Shown here one piece after another: positions 25,467-39,222 of a stretch of DNA of 64,000 nt. Every line of letters starts with the position of its first letter. Position 1 is the first letter of the stretch. The notes below the pieces were generated by a model that did not search any database, was not told where the DNA came from, and saw nothing but the letters and a program-made list of their open reading frames with translations. Made by a program: the position numbers and the translations under genes. Source of the DNA: Takakia lepidozioides (taxonomy: Eukaryota; Plantae; Bryophyta); NCBI GenBank assembly GCA_030704615.1, contig CM060731.1:77562001-77626000 (forward strand), written 5' to 3'.

Positions 25467-26796
25467 ACCGTGAGGACACAGCTTTTTGAGAGGGGAAGGC
25501 GTAATGTTAGAGGACTGTCTGGGACTTGGACACTTATACGGGATCTGTGGGGTACCCTTAATTTTTGCACAGACTGAGACCAACAGGAGCCTTAGGGGTG
25601 ACAGCAGCGCACTTTAGAAGGGAGTTACACAGTCCGTCACAGTCCGACACAGCCAACACAGCTCGTCACAGTCCGACACAGCCCGTCACAGCCAACACAG
25701 CTCGTCACAGCCGACACAGCCCGTCACAGCCAGTCACAGCCGTCACAGTCAGTCACAGCTCGACTGTGGACTAAGTAAGATAACAGTTCATACAGAGAAG
25801 AACCAACATCGGTCACATGGCTCAGCGTCCTTCCAGCCGCCATTATTGTGAATCGTTTGACATGAATCTTTGATCCCAGAAAACTTATTAAGTACCAATC
25901 TCGGCAGTATACATGTGCACATATGCCAACTCAAACCTCCTTTACGGTTGCCTAGGATAGGTCTGGTATGATACAATCTCCCATAAGGTCACAGACGCAG
26001 CCTCACTTTGTGGCTCGGTGCCGCGGCAATATTGGAGTGCAGGCATTGTCCACCCATCGAAGTAGACGTTAATGTAAGAAATCTACAGCTTTCCTGCCAG
26101 GTTAAACGTATGCATGAGGACAGCTTGTGACGCTGGCCTATTATTATTGTACCCACCTCCTTCGACGATGCACATTTTGTCTACTGGACAGGCTTGGATG
26201 TTTTGCCCGTCGGGCCTTTTAAACTGGAAGTTGTTGGACCAAGTCCACTTGTCGTCCGATTTCTGCTCTAAACTGATGTCAAAACGCTGGTTGACAACCT
26301 CATTCAATATCCTGATCGTCATTGTAAAAGCAATCCTCTGTTTCCATTGCACATTCTGATGGTAAGGAGCTGTCCTTGTTTCCGTGAAGAAGGGCAATTG
26401 CGCATCGTGGGCATGTTTCTCAAGGAACAGGGTAGCCCAAAAGGAAGCTGATGAAGCCCTCAAAAGCAGTGCAACATGGACAAAGGCAGGAAAGAGATGC
26501 GTGAGTGGTGGCTTTTCTTCCTCGCCTTGGCTGTCGCACAGCGATGCTCGAATGTGCGATCGGAGGCGTTGATGGATTGCAATTGATACTGGGTCAGGGT
26601 GCCTGCTCGCTCAAGTTGATGGGAATGCGGGGTTGAACTTGGGGGCGGAAAGTGGTTGTTCGCAGTCCCAAAAGGATACTGGAGCTATACATTGAGCAAG
26701 GTGTTGAATAGGAACAGCAAGTGGAGACCGTCCAGCGAACTCCGTGACTGAGAGAATGGCAGGCCACCATCACAAAAAGCAAAATGGGACGCAAAG

Positions 26797-27086
26797 AAGT
26801 GTAGTGAAGGGATAGCTGACAGTTTCAGGGCGCGCAGCACTGATGGCACTCAAAGTGTGCTCTTGCTAGCATTTGGAACGCTCACTATGCCCACATCTGC
26901 AACCAGCTTCAGCTCCCAGTCCACCCACATTTCTGCACCCTCCTCGCCATTTTCGGCCATCTGAGGAGTCTTGTTGCGACCAGTCTTGAAGGTAGTGTTG
27001 CCTCGTCCACCCTGACCTCCCGGCAGCAGCAGCTCTTGCTTCCCTGGAGTCCCAGCAGAACATCGCCATTCCTTCCGTCTTCCCAA
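26797..27086 (-). pseudogene. Fragment of an organellar Obg/CgtA GTPase gene
   Basis: [29 protein letters not shown] (degenerate G1), then after a frameshift ISAARPE..SYPFTTL (G2). Confidence 0.85.
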
Positions 27087-28770
27087 AGCCGTGGCCTCTG
27101 TGTTGACATTGGCTTCACCTGCTTTAACCTTGGAAAAAGCTATTATGAAGGTTTGAAGAAGGAGTCCAAGGAATTCTTAGGGAACCTGCAGTGAATCCCA
27201 AAAGACGTGGGAACAGTTTTTAATGGTGAGAAAGTTTTCGTGTTAAAAAAAAGAAAAAAAAGCCTTTTGATCTAATTTAAAGGATTTAGAGCCTAATTGG
27301 TCATATCTTTGTCAAATGAGCTCCATTTGACTCAGTTTTTGAGGGGATAGCTGCAGGAAGGGGAAATTTACCTATCTAGACCTGGTTTTTGTTTTTGGGA
27401 CTCTGCTAAAAATCTATGGAATTTTTAGAGTGTGAGTGTGCCGTGAAAGATCCACAATTCTGTTTCTAGAACCTGTTCTGGTCTATATGAGAGACAAATC
27501 TGTGGATGTCCTCCTTGTATGGCTGGGGGGAATGGGGACGTAATTGAAGGGCAGGTCTCTTCTCTTAGCCTGTGCACACACGGGGACAGGATTTATGTTT
27601 CCCAAGGAACTCAGATTGATTTGAGTGGAGAACAGTTGGACGAGTTGATTGCATACACTAGAAGCATTCGTGTCATTTACCACTGGGGTAACGACTCATT
27701 TTGAGTCGTAAAAGTCAAAAAACTGGGATCGACTGGAAGTTACAACAGACGTGGTAGTTGGGGTTGGACATTCAATGATTGGAGTGGTAAAGGACGCAGA
27801 CGCGCGAACAACTGCTCAGCGATTAATGCGATTAATGCTGAAGAACCACGTGGCGTAACCAGGCGGGCCGCCTTTGTGTCTAACCTTTTGGGCTGACTTT
27901 GACTTTTCCCCCCGGATGAGTGGACTGACTCACCCGGGGCGCGGTGACACATGGACGCGGACGTGGATGCGGACGTGGATGCCGATGTGGCGGCGCCGCG
28001 ACGAACGGCAATGCTGCCGCGTGGCCACGGGCCCAAGACGCCACATCGCAGTCGGCCACATCACTTGGAGTGCTGCATGTGACGTCGCAACAGCCACTGG
28101 CGAAGTCAACTGCACAACTACCGGCAGACGAATCCACGGGGACCACGTGAGGAGAGTGTGTGGGTCGACGCGTGGCGTCGTCCCCACGCAATGGCAGTGA
28201 CGGGTACGACTGCTAGTGGAAAGACGCAGAGTGCCTGTGCCATCTTGGGACTGCTTTGGCCAACTCCGCTGCCACTGTGCTAGTTGGTTGCACTACAGTA
28301 GGAAAGCACGAAAAATGAGCACTTGTAGTGGTTTGTGTGAGTTTCCAACTGACCTGCATTCTAAGCTGAAAATATGGTTCTGATGCATTCTACTGGTTTT
28401 TAGTGGTTCACCCATATGCAGGGGAATTGAGAAGCAATGATACTGGGCGAGACTCAGAACACAGACCACGATACATGCACAACATCACGTTAATGAACCA
28501 AATAGACGAGGCAACAGGGAGACCAAAGACCATCACACATACACATAGAAGGTGGACGGACACGACGACAAGTCAGAAAATGTGATATTACATTCAAATT
28601 AGAGACCGTCACGGCACACCTATATATGAGCAAGACTAAATGCCAACATACATGGTTGCCGGACATCACTTAAACTGTCATGGCCCAAATGTTCAAAACT
28701 GGTAACGTGAGTATCATACACACTTCTATGAGTATCATTACACACCAACAGGGACTACAAACATGAAATG

Positions 28771-31700
28771 TCACTTGATACTTTCACCTTTCCTCATACT
28801 CTTCTCTGGCCACAGAGTCACCGTGCCTTTCACGTGCGCTAGTGTGGTCTGGGGGGGGGCATCATCCACATTTGGGCAAGGCAATGTAATACTTGGAAGC
28901 ATGATCTCCTGGACTTTCACCTTGTACCACCCGGATCGAATGTCCTTGCAGTGGAACTTGTCAACCCCGGCTATTCTCACCACTTCCGCCTTGGCGGCGG
29001 CTGTCTTTGACCGCTTGTCGTGGGGGTTCAGGAGAAACACAGGATCTGATATCTGCAGACACCAACATCAGGGTCCACTCAGCAACAAACATAGCAATGA
29101 CAGGGTGAAAGTCAAGCGCAGCTGGGCATGGAAACGATCTTGGTTGCCACAATACTGAATCAGCAGCCAATTCACGGTGTACCAACGTACCTTGAAGCGA
29201 AGCTCGTCGCTGAGGGTGGCAACTGAGGAAAGCTGCCCACGTGTCTTCAACTGCAGCAGCAAAAAGAGGTTTAGTCAGACGGATAAGAATAACATGAACT
29301 TTGGTGGTTGCAATGGTATAAACACACCTCCACAGAGCAAGCTAACAAACACCCTGCTCAGACCCTAGCACTACAACTTCATGGCAAAAATAACCCTACT
29401 AAAAACCAGCCAGGCAAAGCAAGGAGCCATGAATGCATGCCTGGGGAACCACGTCCTGCTGCGATGATGGTGTCGGGGACAGCCCACTCCTCTTGCTCAC
29501 TGCAATGAATACACATTGCAACGCTTCAGGAAGTGTATCCATAAAGGAAACCAACCAAGTAAGTTTGCGGAGAGGGGCTGGGAACAACCATACCTGGGCG
29601 CTGCCTCCTCATGCCGGGGGGGGGAATCCGGAATGCTGCCGCCGTAGCACTATGGTCGTAGGCGCAGGACCCACCTTCTTCACATTTGACCCCACTGCCA
29701 CTCCATGTACATGTGGTCCCTGCAAAACATATAGTGCCAGCCTTGCGTGAGAGGGCATCCGGGGGGAACAAAACAAACATGGACTTTGGCTTCGATGTCA
29801 TGTTGCAAACAGTAAGGTTAGTTTCACCTGCATGGGCGCAGAAGTACTTCCCCCAACGACCCCATCCTCTCCCACATTCAAGCTGCCAGTCGGGGTCAGC
29901 TTCCGCGTGCTTGTGAAGACACGCACATCCTTGGAGCAAAACAAATCTTGGCAGTAGGGCCAGACTGTTTCTAAAAGGTAGTCTGAATCGAGCCCCTCAC
30001 TGACATTGCCAGTGACATCAAATGACAATGGATGGACCATGTTCAAAGGGGAGTTCCCCCTCCCCTTGTGTGGTGAATCATCCACTAGGAGGGTGTTGGA
30101 TTCGTTAAATCCAGAAAATTCCGACCACACCCTCGACAGTCTCTTCTGTAAGTTCTATACGGCACGCCCTTTTGTGGGGTGTGGCTCTGTCAAGGGGTCA
30201 CACTCCTCTTGTGACCACACAAAGAGGGGAGAACCCTTGACCCCCTGCATGACCACTTTGAAGATGTCTGCAACATTCCCTTGGAAGCACAGGACCATAT
30301 CCCAACGTAGAAATACGGAAGAGAAGGTTTAAAAACTCGCAGACCTGGGGCCTTGGGAAAACAAATACTTGTTGGTGGTCAACACCCATGGCCAATGACG
30401 CCTCGGGTTGGGCTGAAAGTTAGGAATAGAGTGGCACATGATCCCGTTCAGGTCTAGAACAATTAGTTTCGACTTTTCTATGAATGGAGCTTTTGAAGGG
30501 GTGTCACGGGGTCTCACCTCAGTGGGTTGGGAGACAACAGTCACCCCGGAGGGCAAAGTTTCGGTCCCCCTGCAGCCTGGACCAGGCAAACTACCACCCT
30601 CTCCCTACAGCTTCCCCTTTTCCCATCATGAGCAATGACCCCCCCATCGTCCATGTCATCCCCACCAACTTGCTGGACCTCTCCCTCTTCAACGAGTGGA
30701 CCCTGCCCCACTGTGAATATCATCAACAACAGCCCGGACCTCTGTCACATCCCTACCCACTACAATTACTTCCTCCTTGTCAGGTACAATGGTCGCAGCA
30801 GGGGGGTCTTCCATAATGCCACCCGTCACACCCCTTTTTGCCCCATCATGAAGTATACTATCTTCTTCAGTTGTGCTTCCATCCCCTCTCCCGCTCCGCA
30901 GAGAGAGCCGCAAGCCTCTCCGGGCCACGATGCGGGCGCGGCTGCCATTGAGTTCCCCGCTCCCTACGCATACAAACACCCACCCGTACTGGTAAAAACC
31001 AGAAGAAGAGGCCGAATGTGCAGGATTTCAGGCATTGGAGATGGCTAGGTTTGGCAGAACCCCTCGGTATCATGCGTGGGGGCCCCACATACCCACCCAA
31101 ATCTTAGTACAACAACAGATTCATGAATGGAAACCGGACTTCAAAAATACCTGGCATCAAAAACAGACTCTGATGGGTGCCAGTCGCAGTGTTATTGCAC
31201 TCCGCCCCGAGCTCGGACAGTGACGGGCTCCGCGCTTTGCGTCTTTTCTGTATTTGCCCATCCACACACTGTCAGTACAAAATGCCAGGAGCATATGGAC
31301 AAAGCACTGCCCTGCATATCACATAACAACTAATTCTGCACAAGCAATAAAACCCACTCGTGGGTGTCTCTTCCATCAGAACATGCCACAACGTAAGAGC
31401 AATGAGAAGGGGGTGAGGGAGATTACCAAACGGGCTGCTTGGCCTGCAACTCCTGCCCGGCCCCAACGCGAGGGGTTCGTGACACAAGCACGCGCTTGCT
31501 TCATCCCTTCAGCCTTTGCAAGTCCACGAGGGGACTCCCAGTAGGCAACAAGCTTATCCCAATAGGCGGGTTCAGTGTTCATTGGCCTCACACCAGTCTT
31601 CGCCCATTTATCTTTCAGTTTTGCTCTTTCTCCTTTCATTATCTTCCCACATTGCTTCACTATAAAATCACGATTGGCAGGGATAGGTGTGTACTCGTAC

Positions 31701-34500
31701 ATTCCATTTATGCCCTCTATTACTGTTGACATGGCACTCTGGACTGCTGGTCAATGTCTTGTACGCTTGAGTCAAGGTAACGCAATGCCAGGCCACGCAA
31801 ATCACGCTGCCAGTGTTCCTTACCTTCGCAGCCAGCATTGATGACTCCATTTCCATGCACCTCCACCTTGTGGCGCTTTAGCCTGCAGCCACCCTTCCCT
31901 CTCCATCTCCTTCCCATTGTTTCATGGCATGACGTCGTTCCTTCCTCAGCTCTGATGTCCGTTTCCTGCCCCCATGCTCTGGAGCAGCGCCGTCATACGT
32001 TGTGGGGGGTGACTGATGTGTGCCGGAGGGGGGAGGGCCGTATGGAGATGTGGGAGGCCCCCATTGTGACGTGGCAACATCAGGAAGCCAGCGCCACGAC
32101 CCCGAAGCAGGGGGGGCTCCCCATGGTGCACTCTGTTGTGGAGACCATCCGGCAGGGGGTGGGTGCCAAGGTTGGTGTTGGTTGGCATTGTGTGGTGGCT
32201 GTGAGTGCTTTGCTGCAGCTTCACTCCCCTTCCGCTGCCAAAAACATCCCACACACAAGGTGCATCAGCTGTAGTCCTACTGAACACAACGTCACCAGAG
32301 CACAAACCATCCCACAACCACAACTATGGATTGGCTGACCTCAAACCCACTCCCCTGCAGCGCAAGTGCCAAAAACTGAAAAGGAGAGGGACAGAATGTC
32401 CTCATAACATGTAAGCCCATTCATTGGTGAAGAAACAAATGTGGGCGGGTTCACATCAGTACCACATGAAACTTACCAGGAAACAGAACATCCATCCGGG
32501 TTTTGCACATATCCAGTGGACATCTATTCACACAATCAGCAAATGGCTGTATGGCGGAGCCCAGCAACGGAGCCCCAAAGGCCTAAAGACTCTCAATGTT
32601 GGTAAACACAGGTGCAGACACAATTCAATTGAAAGGATATTGCAGACCTAGCCTCGTTGGAGTTATCAACGCATATAGCAAATGCGTACTCCAACGCAGG
32701 TGCAATGACGTGACAAAGCAACATTTCCTTGACCTAAAAACTAGTCCCTCTGCACACAGTGGTAGACCTGAAGGTTTTTCCACGATGTCCTCCCCCATGA
32801 CACAAATTGAAAACATGTTCAGGGATGTTTTCTGCCTAACTTCATTTTCTGCCCAATCAGATCTCCTCTACGCTGATGATGTTGCCCTTTTGGCACAATC
32901 CCCGTCTTTTCTGCAACGCCATATCAAAATTTTGGAACAGTTCTGCAAAGACTATGGGATGCAAGTCAATCTTAGCAAGACCAAGATCATGGTCTTCAAT
33001 GGCCAGGCTGATCGTAGATTCATCTTCAACCAGCAGGAAATTGAGATTGTCAAATCATACCGGTACCTAGGTCTGGTTATCCACTCCCCCAAGTTTCACT
33101 TTGCAGCCACTGCCTTGGACAGATTGACTAAAGGTAAGGCGGCCTCCGTCCGCCTTCACGCCAAATGCAAGCAAATACATCTGCGGCATCCCCGACCAAA
33201 AAGTGGTTGTTTGACACCGTCGTCAGCCCTGCTACCATCAATGGTTGTGAGTTCTGGGCACCTGGTGTCCCTGTCTCCTGGTGGAAAAGAATTTGGAACC
33301 ATTACAGTCATCTTTTCTCCAAGCAATGCTTGGCGCCAGGAGCACAACTCCATCTCAGATCCTAGGTGCAGAGTTCGCATGTGTACCATTGCAATCCGAG
33401 GCACAGTTCAGGCTTACAATCTTTCTCCATAGATTGCAGGCCCTTCCACCCAAAGGGCTAGTGGCAAGGGCCCTCACAACATCTATGAGGCTCAAAGCTG
33501 CAGGTTTCGGGAACTCCTGGTATGCTCGAGTGGACAGTTTATTGAAACGTAACGGACTTTCTACTGCTTTCCTATTACCAATGAACCCACATGAGGTGGA
33601 CATCACATCCAGACATGACCGCAACAGACTCATTCGGAGAGAGCTTATGGAATTACATGTCAAGAGAACTTGGATGCTACCCAATCTCACAACAAAGCTC
33701 CACTTCTATCGAGAGACATTCTTGGTGCTCCGCGATGATAGAATCTTCAGACCAAATTACCTTTCAGCACCCTTACCTCCTTCCCTCTTGAGGGCATTGG
33801 GGCGGTTCAGGGTGGGTTCCCACAACCTACGGATAGAGACTGGCAGATGGGAAAACCTGCAACGGGAGGACCGCCTATGTCCAGCTTGCATAGGGCGCAG
33901 CAAGGAAATTGAAACTGAAGAACACTTCTTCTTCTTCTACTGCCCTGTATACTACGAGATCCGTTTGAACAACTTTGTGGATATGTGCATCCCAGTTTCA
34001 GTTTCAGGAGAACTCAACGCCCAGAAAACAAGAACACAAGTAGGGGTAGAACTCACCTCATGCGCAGCGGTTTTGTGCCGTTTGCGCACCTTTTGGAGAG
34101 ACTCTGCAGATGGAGGTGCAATTTCCTCCGAACTGTCCTCCACCTCATCGTCGTCGCCCATGCTATACTCGCTTGTGTCAAAATCCGAACTCGAAGACCG
34201 CCCACCGCTCTGCCTTCCCTCTCGCACCGACGCCATCTGTACCGGATTCAGTCGAGCCAGGCGGGGGCTCCTTCGCACCGCGGGGCTGGAATGTGCAGAA
34301 GTGGGAGGAGGTGATGCTGCCTCGGCGGTCGAGCGCTTCTTACTAGGCGTGGACATAGACCAGACAAGATGAGAAGCGAGGACATAGACCATGACAGATG
34401 AAGCGAGCGACATAGACCATGACCAAGATGAAGAGAGCGAGGACATAGAGACAAGAAGACGAGCAAAGACCAAGACAGGCAAGGAGGAAAGAAGGACAAG
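28771..34500 (-). mobile_element. CACTA/En-Spm accessory (TnpA-like) multi-exon gene, degraded, with an FCP1-like phosphatase segment
   Basis: Transposase_24-like RPMNTEPAYWDKLVAYWESP..KQAR..SRWG (~31420-31830); KLIVLDLNG..RPQVCEFL..NTLLVDDSPHK (~29860-30480); FHCKDIRSGWYKVKV..LPCP..VTLWP (28771-29040); divergent from the TnpD gene. Confidence 0.65.
32859..33961 (+). mobile_element. Internal fragment of an RTEX-like non-LTR retrotransposon (RT C-terminus plus Cys/His domain)
   Basis: LLYADDVALL..VNLSKTKIM..YRYLG; ALGRFRVGSHNLRIETGRW..RLCPAC..ETEEHF..CPVY; flanked by AGATC direct repeats. Confidence 0.85.
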
Positions 34501-36181
34501 GAGGGGAGTGTGATCACACACCCCCCCGATCTGTAGTGAAGATCCGCCGTTGTTGATTTCAAATATGAACACGTGTCGTGCATCCGACACTATGGCCTTT
34601 TCGACTTTGAGACGTTAAACCCTAAACCACTTACAATCCTCCAGACAACTAGATGTAGTGATTCACACAACTGACATGGATCCGTTAACTTTTTTTCCGT
34701 TCAAAATTAGGCGAAGGAAACACACTGCAATGATGCCGTGTATGGCTCCGCTTTACATGCATTCTTGGAGAAATGCGCATGATGTGTGAGAAGTGAACAC
34801 AGTGCTCTGCCAAATGATTCAGCAAAAACAAACTCAACTGTAGTGGTTCTCCCATCGCAGAGAAGGGTCCATTCGACACCCATCGCACCATGCCAGGTTG
34901 AGGTCCTCACACACACACCTACACACCGAGAATTTGCGAACCCACATCAGCTGGGAGAACATGGAAATTACCCCGTGGATCACATGCAAGCATGAATGAG
35001 AAATGGGTTTATGTTACATGGGAGATTTTGGTGTACCTGCGCGACATGCAACTCTGTCTACATACTCCATAAGTCGTTGTCCCAAGACCCAAGTGGACAG
35101 GGGAGGCCGGTGAGTCTGTACCACAAATGGTAATCATACAGCAGAGGGTACTGCTGCCCAACGTGCAAAAGCCGCCGGCTGCAGGATGCTAGGCATGCGA
35201 ACTCAGGCACAACACGCCTCCTCTGCACCCCACTCCGTCCCAACCAATGCAAAACAACCGTGCATGCATTGACTGCCCTCTGGCTTTCTCTCCAGGCATT
35301 TAGGGGTCTGCGATCTGCTACACGTAAGTGTCTTTGAATGCGACGATCAAAGGATCTGGTCACTTGCAGTTGCCGTCTCAAGGGCAATATTGCAAGAATC
35401 AGAATTAAGTAAGAAAGATGGTGGAAGACGCTGCAAACAGCAAATGAGTGAAGTGGCAGGGCGATGTTCCATTTTTAACATGCTCCCCTTCCCGCCATGG
35501 TGATAGAGCCACACAAATGGATTCCCTTCCCGCCACGGTGCAATTTCACGGCAACGGAACGGGATTGTCCGCCGAAACGTGATTTGGAGATGGCCTAAGA
35601 CAAGTGGCGCAGGTTCTGGCCTTGTAGTCAGGTTGTTCACACTTCAATGCACACATTTCATACACATTCAACCATATGCCCAAGATCACAACGTCGTCAA
35701 TCGTGAAAATTGAAATTCCACGTACGTCCTCCGATTCCTCACACACACACGAACTGTAGAGACAGGTCGTTTTCCAGGATGTCGTTGTTTGAGTCGATTT
35801 TGGTCATTTCTCTCAGTGTCTTGTTGAAAAGATTCTAGTTATGATGGGAAGCATCATGATGGCTTTTAAATGGTTTGCTGTTGAGTGTAACTTTTCATCA
35901 TGTTGTGGAATCTACCGGTTGGTATAAAATGTCAATTGTCTTCTCTGCCAAAGGATGTGCGGCTGAACCTTTCAAATTGAGATTGCAGGAGGAGGGAATT
36001 GACGGTAGTGAAATGGGAGTGGCAGAGCCAAATTGAGGAATCTCTGCAAAGGAGAATCTGGCCCCTGCAACGGCGTGCACAAACAGCATTGAAGAGGCTC
36101 CCCAACAAAAATGAGTTCCCCTCGCCCATGCGGAGGACTTCCAAGTAATCACCCCTGTAGACAGAACACCGAGATGACAAG

Positions 36182-37300
36182 TTGTGGGAAAGAGAAGTGG
36201 CACGTGCCCGAGCCCTTGGGCTTTCAAGGATGCCATGCCCATGTGAACGTTGTTTGGGCACTACAAGTAGATCTGAGGACGGTGTGCGCACACATCTCCT
36301 TCACCACAAAAGACATGAAGCATTTCGGGTGTGGATTGGAGATGGACCTGCAGACGAAGACGATGAGGAGTGGGCACAATTGGACAATGCACACCCCCGA
36401 GGGAGCCATACAGACAGGCCAGACGAGGACTATGTCATGGGCGCATGACATGAACCAGGCATGGACGGAGGGGTGGAGATTACTCGATGTTGCAGGAAGC
36501 ATTCCACATCATGGACGATGCTGAAGAGGGGGACGACGCTGCGACAACTGGGGATGGTGATGACGCAGGAAATGAAGGCATTCACGTGGGGAAGGCGTGG
36601 AAGGAGGTGGAGACGGAGAATTGAATTCTGCACACATGACACTAGAAGAAGCATGTGTGCCACTGTACGAGGGATGCAAATCCACAAAGCTTGCTGCCAC
36701 CATGCTGTTGATGAACCTGTGCACAACCCACGGTGTCTCAGACCATTTTGTGGACGAGTTGTTCTCTTTGCTTCGGCTGAACTTGCTTCCACAACCAAAT
36801 GAAATGCCAAAAAGCTGTCACATGGCCAACCAAATGATTGGGAAGCTCGGCCTCAACTACGTGAAAATTCATGCATGTCCAAAAAGACATGTACTTTTCA
36901 GAAGAGAGTACAAGGATGCTATGGAGTGCCCCAAATGCGGTGCAGCTCGATACCATGATGTGGGCAGGTTACAACAGCCAGCCAAGGTGTTGAGGTACTT
37001 TCCCCTTATCCCCCGTCTATTACGAATGTACAAATGCAAGACCATTAGTGAGCTCATGACTTGGCATTCCAGGAATGCCTCAAACGATGGTTTGGTAAGG
37101 CATGTCCCAGATTCCCTTGCATGGAAGCATATAGATGCAACTTGGCCCGATTTTGCCGAGGACCCACGCAATGTGCGATTGGCTGTATCTACGGATGGAG
37201 TAAACCCATACGGATCAAAGAGTTGCACATGGTCCACATGGTCCGTGCAGTTGGTGGCATACAACCTGCCACCATGGTTGACAACAAAGAAATTCTTTGA
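36182..37300 (+). pseudogene. CACTA TnpD transposase, copy 1, 3' truncated
   Basis: MPCPCERC..VRTHL; KIHACPK..CPKCG..KVLRYFPLIPRL..WKHID..DPRNVRLAVSTDGVNPY..YNLPPW (Transposase_21). Confidence 0.92.
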
Positions 37301-37329
37301 CATTCTCATGACACCATCTACCGCCGCTG

Positions 37330-37425
37330 GTTTGGCATGATATGATTGTAGTTCACATTCTTAATGAACGCTTTCAGCCTTGACCTCTTTGCGATCTTCT
37401 TCTGGGATTGCTTCTTCATAATTTA
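37330..37425 (-). pseudogene. RPL27: Ribosomal protein eL27 exon fragment, copy 1
   Basis: Translates IMKKQSQKKIAKRSRLKAFIKNVNYNHIMP, the eL27 signature, after a pyrimidine-rich intron-like stretch. Confidence 0.8.
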
Positions 37426-37797
37426 TGAAAGGGAAAAGCAGCTACACATCAAATTCTTGCAAGTACAGGGGGGTACTCAGGCCTCATTGGGAGAAAGAGT
37501 GCCATAAACACAGACACATCCTTAAATGTAAAAATTGGAGAAGCGAACGTCTGGTGGCAATAACTGCCTAAACCAGAATTATACTCCATTCCAGCGCACA
37601 TGTAAAGGGTCGGATGATAACTCGGAATCCCAGTTGGAGATAATGAGACGAATACATGACTATCTTGCGAGTTTCAACTTTCTTGGAGGTAGTTTCCAGT
37701 TTCTCTGGTGTCACAACTGCCTTCAAGCTGGGTTTTTTTCGGAATTAAGTCCCACTCGCAAATGCAGAATGTCTCCCTCATCTGCGTGGGCAAAATG

Positions 37798-37896
37798 GGG
37801 TTTGGCATGATATGATTGTAGTTCACAACCAAAGGGCATATTCTTCAGCCTTGACGTCTTTGCGATCTTCTTCTGTGACGCCTTCTGCATAACTTG
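37798..37896 (-). pseudogene. RPL27: Ribosomal protein eL27 exon fragment, copy 2 (more degraded)
   Basis: VMQKASQKKIAKTSRLK..(frameshift)..VNYNHIMP; shares upstream flank with copy 1. Confidence 0.7.
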
Positions 37897-38704
37897 TGAA
37901 ATGGAAAAGCAGCTACACATCAAATTATTGCGATGCCACTCAATGGCACTATGAACGTTTCGAGCATGCTGTCAGAAAACTAGACGGGCAAAAACCCAAT
38001 TCAGCAGCCTCGCCTTGCGTGGATACTTGGGAATTGATGCCAGAAGGGCATGCCCGTATGCGCGCTCCATCGTGCCTCCATCCAGCACATTCTGTAAATG
38101 ATGAATGACCAAGACCCCGATGTCACACCGTTCTGAGAAGCCACTACGCGCGCTCACAGTATACGAAGGCCTTGCCGTGTCAGGATTTCCATTCCACGTC
38201 CCGCCATGTCCGACGCAACACTTGCATCCTTGTCTCTGCCAAGTGGAGGCAGCACGTATTAAAATATCTATTCCCCCAAGGCCACATTTTGTTTACCTCT
38301 TTTTGTGAAAGCCACGTCAGCAAATGTGATGCCGAGTCATGGGTGCAATGAATGCGCAGTGGTTCATGGAGTCGATGAGTCGACTATATATTCACTTTAA
38401 TGAATAAATATCTTTATTCCATTAATCGAATTAGGAAAGAAAATTTGTAGTCGCATGTGCAGTAATTACAACCACTTGTAATTTTGGCTTTTTCAAATTT
38501 TATGTATTTACGCAATTCGTAAAATAGCCCGGAATTCTGCTACGACTCCGGAGTCGTTGACCCCACTTCTGTCCGCCGTCTGAAATGCCCCCGTGGGCCC
38601 ACATTGTCTGTTTCGACTCTCCAGTAGTCCTGTTTACTACCAAGTGGTTCCCGGAGTGGTCGCGGACATGCAGTCGAATCGGAAAAGACACGAATGCTTC
38701 TAGT

Positions 38705-39222
38705 GAATGCACCCTTGGCTATACTAGAAGTCTCCATTACCATATAACCATATGGCAAACAAGTCTGAAAAGCTGTTATTGGTGTGAGTTTGATCCACAG
38801 AATATCCTTTGGAATCCAATTCTTTACCAGTACAAACTCCTCATGCATATGAGTATAAACATTCACCTTCCTTTCCTCCCAGCCTTCAAACTCTACTCGC
38901 TTAATGGATAGCAATGCTATCACATAAACCAGTGTTGGTAACCAATGTGCTCTTCTCTACAGGCCACCTGATAAATCTTTATCACTCCTTTCTCCAGACC
39001 CCACTCAGGGTCAGCATCATGCACTCTCTTAAGAATGTTTTCTTTACAACCGTCTGGCAATTCCAAGAACCTCTGAAAGAATTGCTTAGACAATCTTTCC
39101 TTCTCAGTTCCACAGGGAATTTGATTCACATCAAATTCTTTAATTCTCCAACCACCATGATCCCACCAGATGCCTGTCACATCTGGTTGTTCATGACCCA
39201 GTTCCCTAGTATGGTCGCCAAA
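38705..39222 (-). mobile_element. Family B copy 3: PBS plus upstream extra ORF fragment
   Basis: tttggcgaccatactagggaa followed by a close homolog of ~17010-17507. Confidence 0.9.

Larger units (their letters stand above)
16002..25764 (+). mobile_element. Non-chromoviral Ty3/Gypsy (Athila/Tat-like) element, family B copy 1, internally rearranged
   Basis: 5' LTR TG..CA 16002-16990, PBS, extra ORF, gag-PR-RT, partial integrase, long accessory ORF, PPT ~25488-25500, truncated 3' LTR 25505-25764. Confidence 0.92.

Noticed and set aside
28291-28330. cactaca...tgtagtg as CACTA termini or a mini-element
   Set aside because: Only 7-bp arms, no 3-bp TSD (ttg versus gtt), and no matching far terminus identified.
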